Source: a virus
Lineage: Duplodnaviria; Caudoviricetes
Strand: one strand, 5' to 3'
Virus record (IMG/VR): IMGVR_UViG_3300030419_008063
Span: 1 to 59,854 of that record
Length of the DNA: 59,854 nt
A model generated the notes under the pieces. It ran no database searches. It was not told where the DNA came from and saw only the letters and a program-made list of their open reading frames with translations. A program made the translations under genes and the position numbers. This document shows, in pieces, positions 28,373 through 38,540 of the stretch (position 1 is its first letter; each line of letters opens with the position of its first letter).

Positions 28373-29367
28373 TGAGCTTTTTCAATGACAGTAAAAAAAG
28401 AAATATATTAATAACCGGCGGTGCCGGCTTTGTTGGTTATCACTTGGCAAAAACTCTTGCTGATGAAAATCATAATATCACAATAATTGACAATTTTCAA
28501 AGACCAAATGAAGATGAAATGTTTTTGCAATTAGTGTCGAAAGACAATGTTGAACATCTCAAAGTAGATATATCCAGTCATGATGTATATGATAACTTGG
28601 AGATGAACTATTATGATGTGATTTATCACTTTGCGGCACTTAATGGAACGGCTAATTTTTATAATCACCCGGAAAAAGTTGTAAAAATAGGGACATTATC
28701 TACGATATATTTGTTGGAATGGGTCGCAAAACATGAAAATAGGCCAAAAATAATATATACAAGCAGTTCAGAAACATATGCCGGCACGGCAAAACTTTTA
28801 GGGGAAAACTTTCCCTTGCCAACACCAGAAGATGTCCCCCTTACAATTGACGATGTTACAAATGTTAGGTGGAGTTATGGAGCTAGTAAACTTTTGGGCG
28901 AGGTTGCGTTTTATTGTTATGGCCAAGCGCACGAGATTACAGATTTTAACGTTGTGAGACTTCACAATATATATGGACCTAGGATGGGTTTTGAGCACGT
29001 TATCAGCCAGTTTATCGAAAGATATAGAAATGGTGAAAGACCTCTCGCTGTCTATGGCGGTTCAAATACTAGATCTTTTTGTTTTATCACTGACGTGTTG
29101 GCCGCGCTTTCAAAAATAACTAACGAAGGAATTCCGAGAGAAATTTATCACATTGGAAATGATAAAGAAGAAATAAGAATAGATGATTTGGCAAAGCTGC
29201 TTTTTGAGATAAATGAAGAAAAAATCAATATCAAGGTTCATGAGGCTCCGGAGGGAAGCGTCAACAGAAGATGTCCAAATATTGATCGGCTCAAATCTTT
29301 AGGGTACGAAAATGAAACCTCTCTAAAAAATGGACTCAAAGTAACATATGATTGGTATAACAGATGA
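28372..29367 (+). CDS. NAD-dependent nucleotide-sugar epimerase/dehydratase/decarboxylase (extended SDR)
   Basis: TGGAGFVG, SSSETY, RWSYGASK, NIYGPR, TRSFCFI. Confidence 0.9.
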   Translation: MSFFNDSKKRNILITGGAGFVGYHLAKTLADENHNITIIDNFQRPNEDEMFLQLVSKDNVEHLKVDISSHDVYDNLEMNYYDVIYHFAALNGTANFYNHPEKVVKIGTLSTIYLLEWVAKHENRPKIIYTSSSETYAGTAKLLGENFPLPTPEDVPLTIDDVTNVRWSYGASKLLGEVAFYCYGQAHEITDFNVVRLHNIYGPRMGFEHVISQFIERYRNGERPLAVYGGSNTRSFCFITDVLAALSKITNEGIPREIYHIGNDKEEIRIDDLAKLLFEINEEKINIKVHEAPEGSVNRRCPNIDRLKSLGYENETSLKNGLKVTYDWYNR

Positions 29368-30638
29368 TGGAACAGTTAAAAAAAGAAATCTTTGAAAAAG
29401 TAGAAGAATATTTTGCAACAAAAACGAATGAGCCTAGTGAAAAAATAGGTGTTGCTTATCCATGTTTTGATCACAAGGAAGTCAATCAAGCTCTGGATTC
29501 TTTGCTCGATGTTTGGATTTCTCAAGGTCCAAAAGTAAAACAATTTGAAAAAGAATATGCTAAATATATCGGTACAAAATATGGAATTGGATGCAATTCG
29601 GGAAGCTCAGCAAACTTATTGGCTTTGACCTCGTTAATTCAGGCTGGACATTTGAAGCCCGGCGACGAGGTTATTGTTCCTGCTGCAACTTTTACAACCG
29701 TTATCTCTCCTTTGTTACAAACTGGTTTGGTGCCTGTATTTGTGGATGTTGAACTGGAGACATATAACAACGATCCGGCAGCAATAGAGAGGGCAATTAC
29801 GGACAAGACAAAGTTGATAATGATTGTTCATTCTTTGGGTTGTGCTTCGAAGATGGATGAGATTATGCACATATCTAGAAATTACAATATACCGGTCTTA
29901 GAGGATTGTTGCGAGGCTCACGGCTCCTCCATTGACGGCAAGAAAGTTGGAAGTTTCGGTCTAATTTCTACATTTAGTTTTTTCGTTGCACACAACATGA
30001 CAACAGGTGAAGGTGGCATGATAATGACTAGCGATGATGAACTTCATGACATACTTCGCTCTGTTCGCGAATTTGGCCGCCTGACAAAATATGAAAAGAA
30101 TAAACCTAGGTTTTATTATAGCGATGAACACTTGAATGAATATGATGAAAGATATGTGTTCACAAACGTTGGGTACAATCTTCGAATGACGGATATTGCC
30201 GCTTCGCTGGGCATTGAGCAGCTTAAAAAATTGGATGATTTTAATGACGCAAGAGTAAAGATAGCTCATTTTTATACCGAAAGTTTGTGCAAGTTTCAAG
30301 ATTATCTAACTTTGCCAAAAATACCATTGGGGTATTTTCACTCTTTTTATGGCTATCCGTTTGTTATAAAACCTGATGCTCCTTTTACTCGACAAGAGCT
30401 GGTCAACCATTTAGAAAACAACAATATTGAAACTAGGGCTTTCATGGGTGGCGATCTTTCAAAGCAGCCGGCCTATAGAAATACACCATGCAAGACGCCA
30501 TATAGTATGCCAAATACAGATCTGATGTTTAATAATGCATTTTTCATTGGCTGTCACCCTTTTATAACCGAAAAACAAAAAAAACAAATTGTCGAAGCAT
30601 TTGAAAGCTTCTTTTTGTATAAAAAGCTAAAAATATGA
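29364..30638 (+). CDS. DegT-family PLP enzyme, ColD/RfbH-type 3-dehydratase
   Basis: NSGSSANLL, EDCCEAHG, SFFVAHNMTTGEGG with His at the usual Lys position. Confidence 0.8.
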   Translation: MMEQLKKEIFEKVEEYFATKTNEPSEKIGVAYPCFDHKEVNQALDSLLDVWISQGPKVKQFEKEYAKYIGTKYGIGCNSGSSANLLALTSLIQAGHLKPGDEVIVPAATFTTVISPLLQTGLVPVFVDVELETYNNDPAAIERAITDKTKLIMIVHSLGCASKMDEIMHISRNYNIPVLEDCCEAHGSSIDGKKVGSFGLISTFSFFVAHNMTTGEGGMIMTSDDELHDILRSVREFGRLTKYEKNKPRFYYSDEHLNEYDERYVFTNVGYNLRMTDIAASLGIEQLKKLDDFNDARVKIAHFYTESLCKFQDYLTLPKIPLGYFHSFYGYPFVIKPDAPFTRQELVNHLENNNIETRAFMGGDLSKQPAYRNTPCKTPYSMPNTDLMFNNAFFIGCHPFITEKQKKQIVEAFESFFLYKKLKI

Positions 30639-31549
30639 AAATTTATCTCAATAGGAGTCCAAAAACAGGCCCATGGGGCGGCGGTAACAAAACTGTTACA
30701 AAGCTTTCGGAGAAGCTTGTTGAACAGGGGCACGAAGTGGTTTATGAGTTGTGTAAGGGCATAGATATAATATTCTGCTTTGATCCGCGGCCAAATGAGA
30801 GAGGCGAGCAATATGCAAATTTTTTGGATTATAGAAATAAAACTGATTGCAAAATAATTCAAAGAGTTGGAGATTTGGGAACACATGGAAAACCACAGCT
30901 AACCAGCTTTGTCAAAGAAACAATAGAGTTGTCCGACTTTCTCATCTTCCCCAGTGAATGGGCGAAGGAAAAAATAGAATATAAAAAAAACAATTATAAA
31001 ATCGTCCACAACGCTCCTTTGGAAATGTTTTATAATTACAGAAACGAGAATTCTAATATAGTAGGGCAAAAAATAAAAGTAATTACTCATCACTGGTCGA
31101 CGAATCCAAAAAAAGGTTTTGATTATTATAACACAGTTGATCGTGCATGCAGAGATAGTAAGTTCTTAAGTTTTACATATATTGGAAGATTACCTGAAGA
31201 TATGGAAATGAGCAATCACATTGAAGCTACCGGCGACAATAATTTTATAGCTAAAAAATTGTCAGAAAGTCACATATATCTTACGGCATCGGAGGAAGAA
31301 GCAGGCGCTAATCATGTTTTGGAAGCCATGGCAGCCGGGATACCAGTCGTATATCATGAAAATGGTGGGAGTATTCCAAATTATTGCAATGGTTATGGAT
31401 TATCTTTCGAGGACGAAATGAGCATGTTTGTAAAAATTCGCGATGTTGCTTATAATTATGCTGATTACAAAGCTGCCACAATGAAGTATCAAAGAAACAT
31501 GTCAAATGTTATAGAGGAGTACATAGAAGTAATATGCAACATAGGGTGA
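30635..31549 (+). CDS. glycosyltransferase family 4
   Basis: GPWGGGN, HHWS.N.KKG, EAGANHVLEAMAAG. Confidence 0.85.
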   Translation: MKIYLNRSPKTGPWGGGNKTVTKLSEKLVEQGHEVVYELCKGIDIIFCFDPRPNERGEQYANFLDYRNKTDCKIIQRVGDLGTHGKPQLTSFVKETIELSDFLIFPSEWAKEKIEYKKNNYKIVHNAPLEMFYNYRNENSNIVGQKIKVITHHWSTNPKKGFDYYNTVDRACRDSKFLSFTYIGRLPEDMEMSNHIEATGDNNFIAKKLSESHIYLTASEEEAGANHVLEAMAAGIPVVYHENGGSIPNYCNGYGLSFEDEMSMFVKIRDVAYNYADYKAATMKYQRNMSNVIEEYIEVICNIG

Positions 31550-32253
31550 ATATTAGCATTGATGATGTTTCTCCGCATCCTAAATCTTCTACCAAGGTTC
31601 TAAAACAATGCTATAAAATAATAGAATCTTTTCCATCAGCAAAATTTACATTGTTTATTCCAATAGCCTATTGGAGAACTGTACGTCCAAGTATATCTAC
31701 TAGCGAACCCTTGTTTATATCAGAGTATCCGTCCTTTTGTGATGAGTTGAGAAATTTATCAAAAGAAAATTTTGAAATTGCGTATCACGGATATTATCAT
31801 GGTATTCCAAACAAGAGTGACAATGATGAATTGAGAGATTTAAAATATGATGAAGCAATTTCTTTATATGAAAAAATGTTCAAAGAAGTAAAAAAAGCTC
31901 AATTGGAAAAAGTTTTTAAAAAAATAATCCGCCCGCCGGCTTGGAGGATGTCTCCCGAAGCTATCAAAGCAGCAAAGCATGTGGGTTTTGAAATATTGGC
32001 ACTTTCGCCAGACAAGTATCCTGACGGCTCTTTGGATTACAAGGAGGAGGATAAAAAATTTGGTAACGTTGTTTACTATAATGTGTGCCCTCCGTCTAAA
32101 AAAATGGAATTGTATGAAAAAACAGAAATTGTTTATCACGCCTGCGAATGGGACAAAAATTATCTTGACGAAAAACATGCTGATCAGTTGATTGCTTTTT
32201 TTTCAACCCACGAAGAACAAGTGGATTTTTGTTTTATGAAGGGTATGATATAA
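31534..32253 (+). CDS. polysaccharide deacetylase-like protein (CE4/DUF2334 type)
   Basis: SIDDVSP, YHGYYH, RPPAW. Confidence 0.75.
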   Translation: MQHRVNISIDDVSPHPKSSTKVLKQCYKIIESFPSAKFTLFIPIAYWRTVRPSISTSEPLFISEYPSFCDELRNLSKENFEIAYHGYYHGIPNKSDNDELRDLKYDEAISLYEKMFKEVKKAQLEKVFKKIIRPPAWRMSPEAIKAAKHVGFEILALSPDKYPDGSLDYKEEDKKFGNVVYYNVCPPSKKMELYEKTEIVYHACEWDKNYLDEKHADQLIAFFSTHEEQVDFCFMKGMI

Positions 32254-32855
32254 TGGGCAGATCTGATCCTGTAGTGTTTCAATTTTACAGGCAAAACATA
32301 ACACCAGTGGGAAGTGTTGCCTTGTTGGGGTTCACAGATGCTAATCTTTTTGAAGGAGATTTGTATGATTTGCAGTTGAATAATTGGGACATAAATTCTG
32401 ATTGGAAATTAGATAAAAAGTATGATACAATTATCAGCCTTAGATGTCCATATTTCTCTAAAAATCCTCAAGTCTTTGTTGACAAATGTTACGAACACTT
32501 GAACGATGGCGGCTTTCTTTATATGGACTGGGGATTGGGTGATCATTGGAGATTTGAAGATTATAAAGTTGGTTGGAAGAAAAATGGAGAACAAGAATAT
32601 GCATATGGTGATTCGAATTTTCTTTGGTCAACAGCTTGGGGTGATGAATTTTTAGACGATGATCAATATAGATTATTTTGTCAAAGGGTTGAAAAATTTG
32701 GATATACCGACGTAAAGAGCGCTATTTTCAAAGAGGTTCCCTCGATATTGGAGCTGGATTATATAAGAAAATATTTTAAAGTGGGGTATAGAGTTCTCGC
32801 CCTTTGGGATGATAGACCTCAATTATATATCCTAACTGCGGGAAAGAAGATATGA
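32253..32855 (+). CDS. SAM-dependent methyltransferase-like protein
   Basis: KYDTII...F...CYEHLNDGGFLY; weak motif I. Confidence 0.55.
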   Translation: MGRSDPVVFQFYRQNITPVGSVALLGFTDANLFEGDLYDLQLNNWDINSDWKLDKKYDTIISLRCPYFSKNPQVFVDKCYEHLNDGGFLYMDWGLGDHWRFEDYKVGWKKNGEQEYAYGDSNFLWSTAWGDEFLDDDQYRLFCQRVEKFGYTDVKSAIFKEVPSILELDYIRKYFKVGYRVLALWDDRPQLYILTAGKKI

Positions 32856-33817
32856 ATTTTGTTGCCACAGAAACAACATTTTTAAGATATTTTCTACCTC
32901 TTATAATCGAAGGGAACAAAAGAAAAATTAGTTCAAAACTTTTTATTTCCCCAAATAATAAATATAATAATCCCTATTCTTATATTTCAAATATTAAAGA
33001 GTATGCAAACAATTACGGTTTTGAATTATTTGACTTGGACCAGATCGCCAATCATCCAGATATCACTTTTTTTGTCGAAGGTTGCGGCGCAGATCGTGTT
33101 CCTTATGATAGGGAGAAAATTTCTTTTACCTATATGACTGATTTTTCACTATCGTATAAAAACTATATTGACAAAGTTGATTATGTTGTCCATCCTAGTG
33201 AATTTTTTGCAAAATATTATAAAATTGAAGGAAACAAAAATCTTTATTTAGGTTCTCCAAAATATGACATAGAATTAAAAGATAAAGACATTTTATCTAA
33301 ATACAATTTGACAAATGATAAAAAAGCTCTGATTATGTTTCCGAGAAACAGGGATTTGCATCTAATAGACATTAGAAAAATATATCGCTCTTTATCAGAC
33401 TTGGGCTACAAGATAATGGTCAAAACCAGAGGAAAAGACCCAGTTACCGATAAAAACAACAAAGGTGATTATTATTTTGAAGATTGTTCTTGGTTTCCTC
33501 ACACCGGCATGGAGTTGATAAGAGTATCTGATCTTATTATAAACTTTAGCTCTACCACTATAAAAGAGTGCGTTCTTCTAAGTAAGCCAGTTATAAACTT
33601 TCACATTAAGCCATTTAAAAAACCATTGGATTTCCTGTATAATTATGGTTATTGTGACATGTATGAGAAACATGTCGATGAAGATAAACTAAGGGAATCA
33701 ATTCAAAGGTTGACGACAGTTAGTTTGGAAGATGAATTTGAACTTTCGATTCAAAAACATCTTTTTCCTGTCAAGGGTACGTGTAAAAGAATATTGGATT
33801 ACTTAGAGGTGAAATGA
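32852..33817 (+). CDS. GT-B fold transferase (glycerophosphotransferase/nonulosonate-transferase-like)
   Basis: LGSPKYD, SDLIINFSSTTIKECVLLSKPVI; adjacent to neuA. Confidence 0.55.
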   Translation: MNFVATETTFLRYFLPLIIEGNKRKISSKLFISPNNKYNNPYSYISNIKEYANNYGFELFDLDQIANHPDITFFVEGCGADRVPYDREKISFTYMTDFSLSYKNYIDKVDYVVHPSEFFAKYYKIEGNKNLYLGSPKYDIELKDKDILSKYNLTNDKKALIMFPRNRDLHLIDIRKIYRSLSDLGYKIMVKTRGKDPVTDKNNKGDYYFEDCSWFPHTGMELIRVSDLIINFSSTTIKECVLLSKPVINFHIKPFKKPLDFLYNYGYCDMYEKHVDEDKLRESIQRLTTVSLEDEFELSIQKHLFPVKGTCKRILDYLEVK

Positions 33818-34374
33818 GAATACTTGCAATCATACCCGCTCGCGGCGGAAGTAAAAGACTAGAAAAAAAGAATATTTATCCCATCTGGGGAAAGCCGATG
33901 TTACATTGGGCAGTAAAGGCTTGTCAAGAGTCAAGATATTATATCGAGCCATGGGTAAGTACAGAAGATTCAGAAATAGAAAAAATTGCTATATCTTCAG
34001 GCGCTCGTGTCCACCGAAGAGATCCAAAACTATCAAAAGACAAGGTATATAAACAAGTCGCTATTCGTGCGGCCGCAAAATATATATTTGACAATTCTGG
34101 AAAATATGATATAATAATATCTCTTCAAGCAAATTCGCCACAAATAAAAGCAAAGCACTTGGATGATGCAATTGACATGTTTTTAAAGTATGAAAGAGAT
34201 GAAGTTTTTAGCGTCGATGAAAACCTGATGCAAAATGCAGCTTTCAGAATTTTCAAAGGGGATTATGTTTTCCAAGAGGATTTAAGCACAAATTGTGGAG
34301 TTGTTGTTTGTCCCTTGCACGATGTTCACACAAAAGAAGATGTCAAGTTTATAGAGGAGTTGGGAGATGTCTAG
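33814..34374 (+). CDS. neuA: acylneuraminate (nonulosonate) cytidylyltransferase
   Basis: IIPARGGSKRLEKKN, GKPML, VSTED, LQANSP. Confidence 0.85.
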   Translation: MRILAIIPARGGSKRLEKKNIYPIWGKPMLHWAVKACQESRYYIEPWVSTEDSEIEKIAISSGARVHRRDPKLSKDKVYKQVAIRAAAKYIFDNSGKYDIIISLQANSPQIKAKHLDDAIDMFLKYERDEVFSVDENLMQNAAFRIFKGDYVFQEDLSTNCGVVVCPLHDVHTKEDVKFIEELGDV

Positions 34375-34399
34375 AGTTTATATAATTAGCGAACTTTGT
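34367..34399 (+). repeat. 33-bp direct repeat, copy 1
   Basis: ATGTCTAGAGTTTATATAATTAGCGAACTTTGT, identical to 35581-35613. Confidence 0.95.
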
Positions 34400-35566
34400 T
34401 ATGAATCATTGGAAATTTTTAATGATAAAAAAGGTTTATTGGTTTATTTAAGAGATATTTTTTCACAGCAAGATATTCAAGAAATAAAAACACTTATTAC
34501 AGAAGATAAAGGAGCATTTGTTGATCTTTATTCTGCTTTTGACCAAAAGCAAGAAGATTATTTTTCTGAAGTTGACTGCGAAGAGGAGCTTAGATTATAT
34601 GTTAATGAACTTTTTTCCAATGGTTTCGCAAAAATTGAAAATGTTTTTTCCGAAGATGAATTGGAGGAAGTAAAAGAATTTCAAGATTTAATGCAAGAAG
34701 CTATATTTCCTGACAATGGTATTTCCGGCTATATTGTAACTCCTTACACGGATCTATCAAAGAATTCCGAGCAGATATATCCTCTTTGGAGAGAAGTTTT
34801 CTCCCACCGGCGCGCATGGCACCCGAACGCTGGAGGGCATGCCAACCCGAAGGAAAAAAAGCATATTTCCCTCTCCCCTGCGCTACCAAATGATGGCCAA
34901 CAGAGAATTCAGTCAAAAAATTTAGGCATTCATCCTCCCGGTATTAATACCATGGTTGAAAAACCAATATTGTGTAAAATTTTTGCACACTATAACAACC
35001 TTAAAAAATATGAGATTGATCGCTCTACTCTGGAATTTATATTCCCCGCCCCAATTAATCACAATGGATGGCACAGAGATACTGCATTTAATGAACTAAA
35101 AGCGATGATTTTGTTAGAAGATGTTGATGAATATACTGCCCCGATACTCAGTGCTATTGGTTCCCACCGCGCCAAGAAAGATTTTGATAAACAGCATTTG
35201 CATGATATGTTTGTAATGACTCCTAATGGTAAGTTTGGTGATCCATCTTCATGGCCGGCCAACACAAGATGGCCCGAATATGCTATTCATAAAGATAGTT
35301 CTCATAATGGGTATATTTCACATGAGCATGCTCCATTTAATATGTCTCCTTCGGAACGTATACAAAAACATGTAGTTATCAATGATTGCGAATATGAATT
35401 AGGTGCCGGCACTGGAAAAGCTGGAGATGTATTATTTTTCGAAACTTGCGCTCTTCATTCCGGTACGCGAGCGCATTTTAAAAGTCGTAGAAATATTTCA
35501 CTTTCGAGTGCAATATATTCATCTCCAAAAACTATATTTTTCAATATGTTAAATGACTTTGTTTAA
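34367..35566 (+). CDS. PhyH-like Fe(II)/2-oxoglutarate dioxygenase
   Basis: NGFAKIENVFS, GWHRD, GSH, GKAGDVLFF...LHSG, RR. Confidence 0.75.
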   Translation: MSRVYIISELCYESLEIFNDKKGLLVYLRDIFSQQDIQEIKTLITEDKGAFVDLYSAFDQKQEDYFSEVDCEEELRLYVNELFSNGFAKIENVFSEDELEEVKEFQDLMQEAIFPDNGISGYIVTPYTDLSKNSEQIYPLWREVFSHRRAWHPNAGGHANPKEKKHISLSPALPNDGQQRIQSKNLGIHPPGINTMVEKPILCKIFAHYNNLKKYEIDRSTLEFIFPAPINHNGWHRDTAFNELKAMILLEDVDEYTAPILSAIGSHRAKKDFDKQHLHDMFVMTPNGKFGDPSSWPANTRWPEYAIHKDSSHNGYISHEHAPFNMSPSERIQKHVVINDCEYELGAGTGKAGDVLFFETCALHSGTRAHFKSRRNISLSSAIYSSPKTIFFNMLNDFV

Positions 35567-35580
35567 GAAAGGCGGATATT

Positions 35581-35613
35581 ATGTCTAGAGTTTATATAAT
35601 TAGCGAACTTTGT
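35581..35613 (+). repeat. 33-bp direct repeat, copy 2
   Basis: Identical to 34367-34399; start of neuB. Confidence 0.95.
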
Positions 35614-36276
35614 GGCCAATGGGGTGGTTCCATAAAGAGAGCAGAGCAAATGATTTTACAATCTAAGGTGGGAGGAGCAGATGCTGTAAAGGTTCAGCTT
35701 TGGGACACTTATAGAATGCCCGGAACTCATAGGAAAAAATGGGAATATCTTACGATGACAGAAAAGCATTTTCTTCATTTAAAAGATTATGCTGAAAGTT
35801 TGAATCTAGATTATTTTGCTTCGCCCTTTCACGAAGATAGGTTTGAGTGGATTAGAAAAGCCGGCCTGCAAACTAATAAAATCGCCAGCTCGCTTTTGGA
35901 ATGGGATATAAAACTATGCGAAAAGATGGTCAAATCTGATATAAAAACTTTTTGTTCATTAGGAAAATGGGAAGAAGACCATCTCCCATTCCAGAGAGAA
36001 AATGTATTTTATATGCACTGTGTTGCAAAATATCCCCATTCTTATAGAGAAGCTTTTGAGTTGTTACCACCAGTTTTTACAGAAAAACTTTGTGGATATA
36101 GCGATCACAGCATTGGAATCGAAGCTTGTAAAGATGCAGTAAAAAGAGGAGCAACTGTTATAGAGAAGCATTTTACAATTGATAGAGATCTTCAGTGTGA
36201 AACTGAAAGTGCACATGTGTGCTCTATGGAACTAGCAGAGCTTTCCGAGCTTAGAAATTTTTGTGAAAAGAGATGA
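35581..36276 (+). CDS. neuB: N-acetylneuraminate/nonulosonate synthase lacking the C-terminal SAF domain
   Basis: IISE, GADAVKVQ, KIAS, HCVAKYP, GYSDHS, IEKHFT. Confidence 0.9.
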   Translation: MSRVYIISELCGQWGGSIKRAEQMILQSKVGGADAVKVQLWDTYRMPGTHRKKWEYLTMTEKHFLHLKDYAESLNLDYFASPFHEDRFEWIRKAGLQTNKIASSLLEWDIKLCEKMVKSDIKTFCSLGKWEEDHLPFQRENVFYMHCVAKYPHSYREAFELLPPVFTEKLCGYSDHSIGIEACKDAVKRGATVIEKHFTIDRDLQCETESAHVCSMELAELSELRNFCEKR

Positions 36277-36962
36277 TCCAAAGACCGAAAAAAGTTTTAA
36301 TTATTGCTGCTCATTATGATGATGAAACGATTGGTGCCGGTGGAACTATAAAAAAGTGGTCCGATTTGGGGACGGAGATTCACGTACTTTTCGTGACAAA
36401 TGGAAGCACAGGAATCGATCAAACTGGTGACTATACTTCTGAAGACATTGTTACAATAAGATCTGAGGAATCCAAAGAAGTAGCTAGGATGTTAGGTATT
36501 TCAAACATATACAATTTGAATGTGCCGTCTCAGAGTGTAGAAAATACACAAAGATTTTTTCACAGAATTATTTTTTATATTCGAAAACTTCAGCCAAACT
36601 TGGTTATGACTCACTTAAATGTGGACAAGCATCGAGATCACGTTCAAATATCAGAAGTTGTCAAGGAAGCATGTTGGAAATCGAATGAAGATATTCACGA
36701 AGAGCTGGGCGAATGCCACAGGGTTGATGATTTGTGGGCATTTGAAGTGACAGATCTTCTTCCAAAAGTTGATGTTGTTGTTGATATAAGTAACACAATT
36801 GACTATAAATTGGCCGCTATGGAGGTATATTCATCGCAAAAAAACGTCATAAAAGGCATTCTAAGCCATATTTTGGGCCTTTCTAGGGTTAGGGGTTATA
36901 TGGTGGGGAAAATGCACGGAGAAGGCTTTATGCGGCTTTCTCATGGCCCTCTAGTGTGTTGA
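36273..36962 (+). CDS. PIG-L/LmbE family N-deacetylase
   Basis: AHYDDE.IG.GG, R..E, HRDH, K..A...Y.SQ. Confidence 0.9.
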   Translation: MIQRPKKVLIIAAHYDDETIGAGGTIKKWSDLGTEIHVLFVTNGSTGIDQTGDYTSEDIVTIRSEESKEVARMLGISNIYNLNVPSQSVENTQRFFHRIIFYIRKLQPNLVMTHLNVDKHRDHVQISEVVKEACWKSNEDIHEELGECHRVDDLWAFEVTDLLPKVDVVVDISNTIDYKLAAMEVYSSQKNVIKGILSHILGLSRVRGYMVGKMHGEGFMRLSHGPLVC

Positions 36963-36969
36963 AATTGTT

Positions 36970-37701
36970 ATGAATATTTCGATTATTACATCTAACCACT
37001 TGCGTCACAAAGCTTTTGCAAAAAGATTGTGCGATATATTGAGTATAAAGACCGTTGTTTGCGAGAGCAAGAAGCGCTCAACAAAGCAATTTCACGAAAA
37101 AGAAAAAGATTATTACAAAGAAGTAGAAGAATGGTCCCCGTACAATCGTTTTGTTGTATGTGCAGAGGGTGCCGTCAACGGAGAGGTTATTGAAGGCATT
37201 CTCAAGAAAGACAAGTTGGATTATTTGTTCATTTTTGGCTGTAGTTTGTTAAAAAAGAATATTTTTTCAATTCCAAAGAAGGGGTGTATCAATATACACA
37301 CGGGTCTGGTGCAAAGTTTTCGCGGGGTTGACAGTAGTTTGTGGGCAATCTATGAAGAAAAACCCGAAGCAATTGGAGCAACGATTCATTTTGTCAACAA
37401 TTCAATTGACGGAGGGAATATCATAGCCCAAAGCAGAACAGAGCTGGACATGGAAGACGATTTGCATGACATTTTTTTCAAAACTTGTAATACGGGTTTT
37501 CAACTTCTTGAGGAAAAAGTTTTTGATATACTTGCTGGCCGTACCCGGCAGAAAAAATTGACAAAAAAAGGAAAACTTTATCAGAAAAAAGATCTTACAA
37601 AGCAGGTTGTAGAAGAGGTTGTCCAAAAAACGCCCGATGTGATAAGAAAATATTTACAAAACAAAGAAAAAATTGATTTGGGACTTAGGTTGATAAAATG
37701 A
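36970..37701 (+). CDS. sugar N-formyltransferase
   Basis: INIHTG..Q.FRG, GATIHFV...IDGGNI. Confidence 0.85.
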   Translation: MNISIITSNHLRHKAFAKRLCDILSIKTVVCESKKRSTKQFHEKEKDYYKEVEEWSPYNRFVVCAEGAVNGEVIEGILKKDKLDYLFIFGCSLLKKNIFSIPKKGCINIHTGLVQSFRGVDSSLWAIYEEKPEAIGATIHFVNNSIDGGNIIAQSRTELDMEDDLHDIFFKTCNTGFQLLEEKVFDILAGRTRQKKLTKKGKLYQKKDLTKQVVEEVVQKTPDVIRKYLQNKEKIDLGLRLIK

Positions 37702-38540
37702 AAGTAGATATTATCCTATGTGCGCACAATGCAGAGAGAACAATAAAAGATTGCATATCTTCTTTGGTCGTGCAGACTCACAAAGATATCAATATTCATG
37801 TTTTTGATGATGCCAGCACAGACAATACTTTGGAAATACTGAGAAAATATCGCGACACTAGAGTCAATATTGTATCATCAAAGAAAAATATTGGAACTTA
37901 TGCTGGAAAGAATTTTATTTATAAAAACTTTTGCGCTGGATCCGACTATATCGCCCTTCAAGATGCTGACGACTATAGTCATCCGCGAAGAATAGAAATA
38001 CAATCTAAATTCCTTAAGGATAATGATATAGTATGTGCTGGCACTGGCATTGTAGAGTTTTGGGAACAGGGTTCATTGCCATGGACAAAACATTCCGGCG
38101 AGTGGATCGGAAACAGTAGAGAGAATTATTATCCTGAACTCATAGAGAATAAAGATTTAGAAGAGGTTTTGAGCTATTTGCAAGACAATGAAAATTATCA
38201 AAGATATTTGAAATTTAAGTTTTGTATGAATGGGTCAGTTATGTTCGAGACAGAATTTTTAAAAAGTATTGGAGGTTGGGATGGAGAAGCTCGTGTAGCA
38301 GCCGATACTGATATTTTTATTCGTACCTTGGCCAATAATAATATCTGCAATATACAAAGATGTCTTTATTATCGAAGGTTTCATAAGAATTCCCTTACAG
38401 CTAGAAAAGACTGGGGAATAAAGTCAGATTTTAGAAAAGAATATAACTTGAACAGAATTCCTGTTATTGAAAGCTCGCTACAGAACATACCTGTGGTAAG
38501 AAATTTTTACTATCCGGAATTTGATTATGAGGTTTATTGA
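37698..38540 (+). CDS. glycosyltransferase family 2
   Basis: AHNAE, FDDASTD, QDADD. Confidence 0.9.
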   Translation: MKVDIILCAHNAERTIKDCISSLVVQTHKDINIHVFDDASTDNTLEILRKYRDTRVNIVSSKKNIGTYAGKNFIYKNFCAGSDYIALQDADDYSHPRRIEIQSKFLKDNDIVCAGTGIVEFWEQGSLPWTKHSGEWIGNSRENYYPELIENKDLEEVLSYLQDNENYQRYLKFKFCMNGSVMFETEFLKSIGGWDGEARVAADTDIFIRTLANNNICNIQRCLYYRRFHKNSLTARKDWGIKSDFRKEYNLNRIPVIESSLQNIPVVRNFYYPEFDYEVY

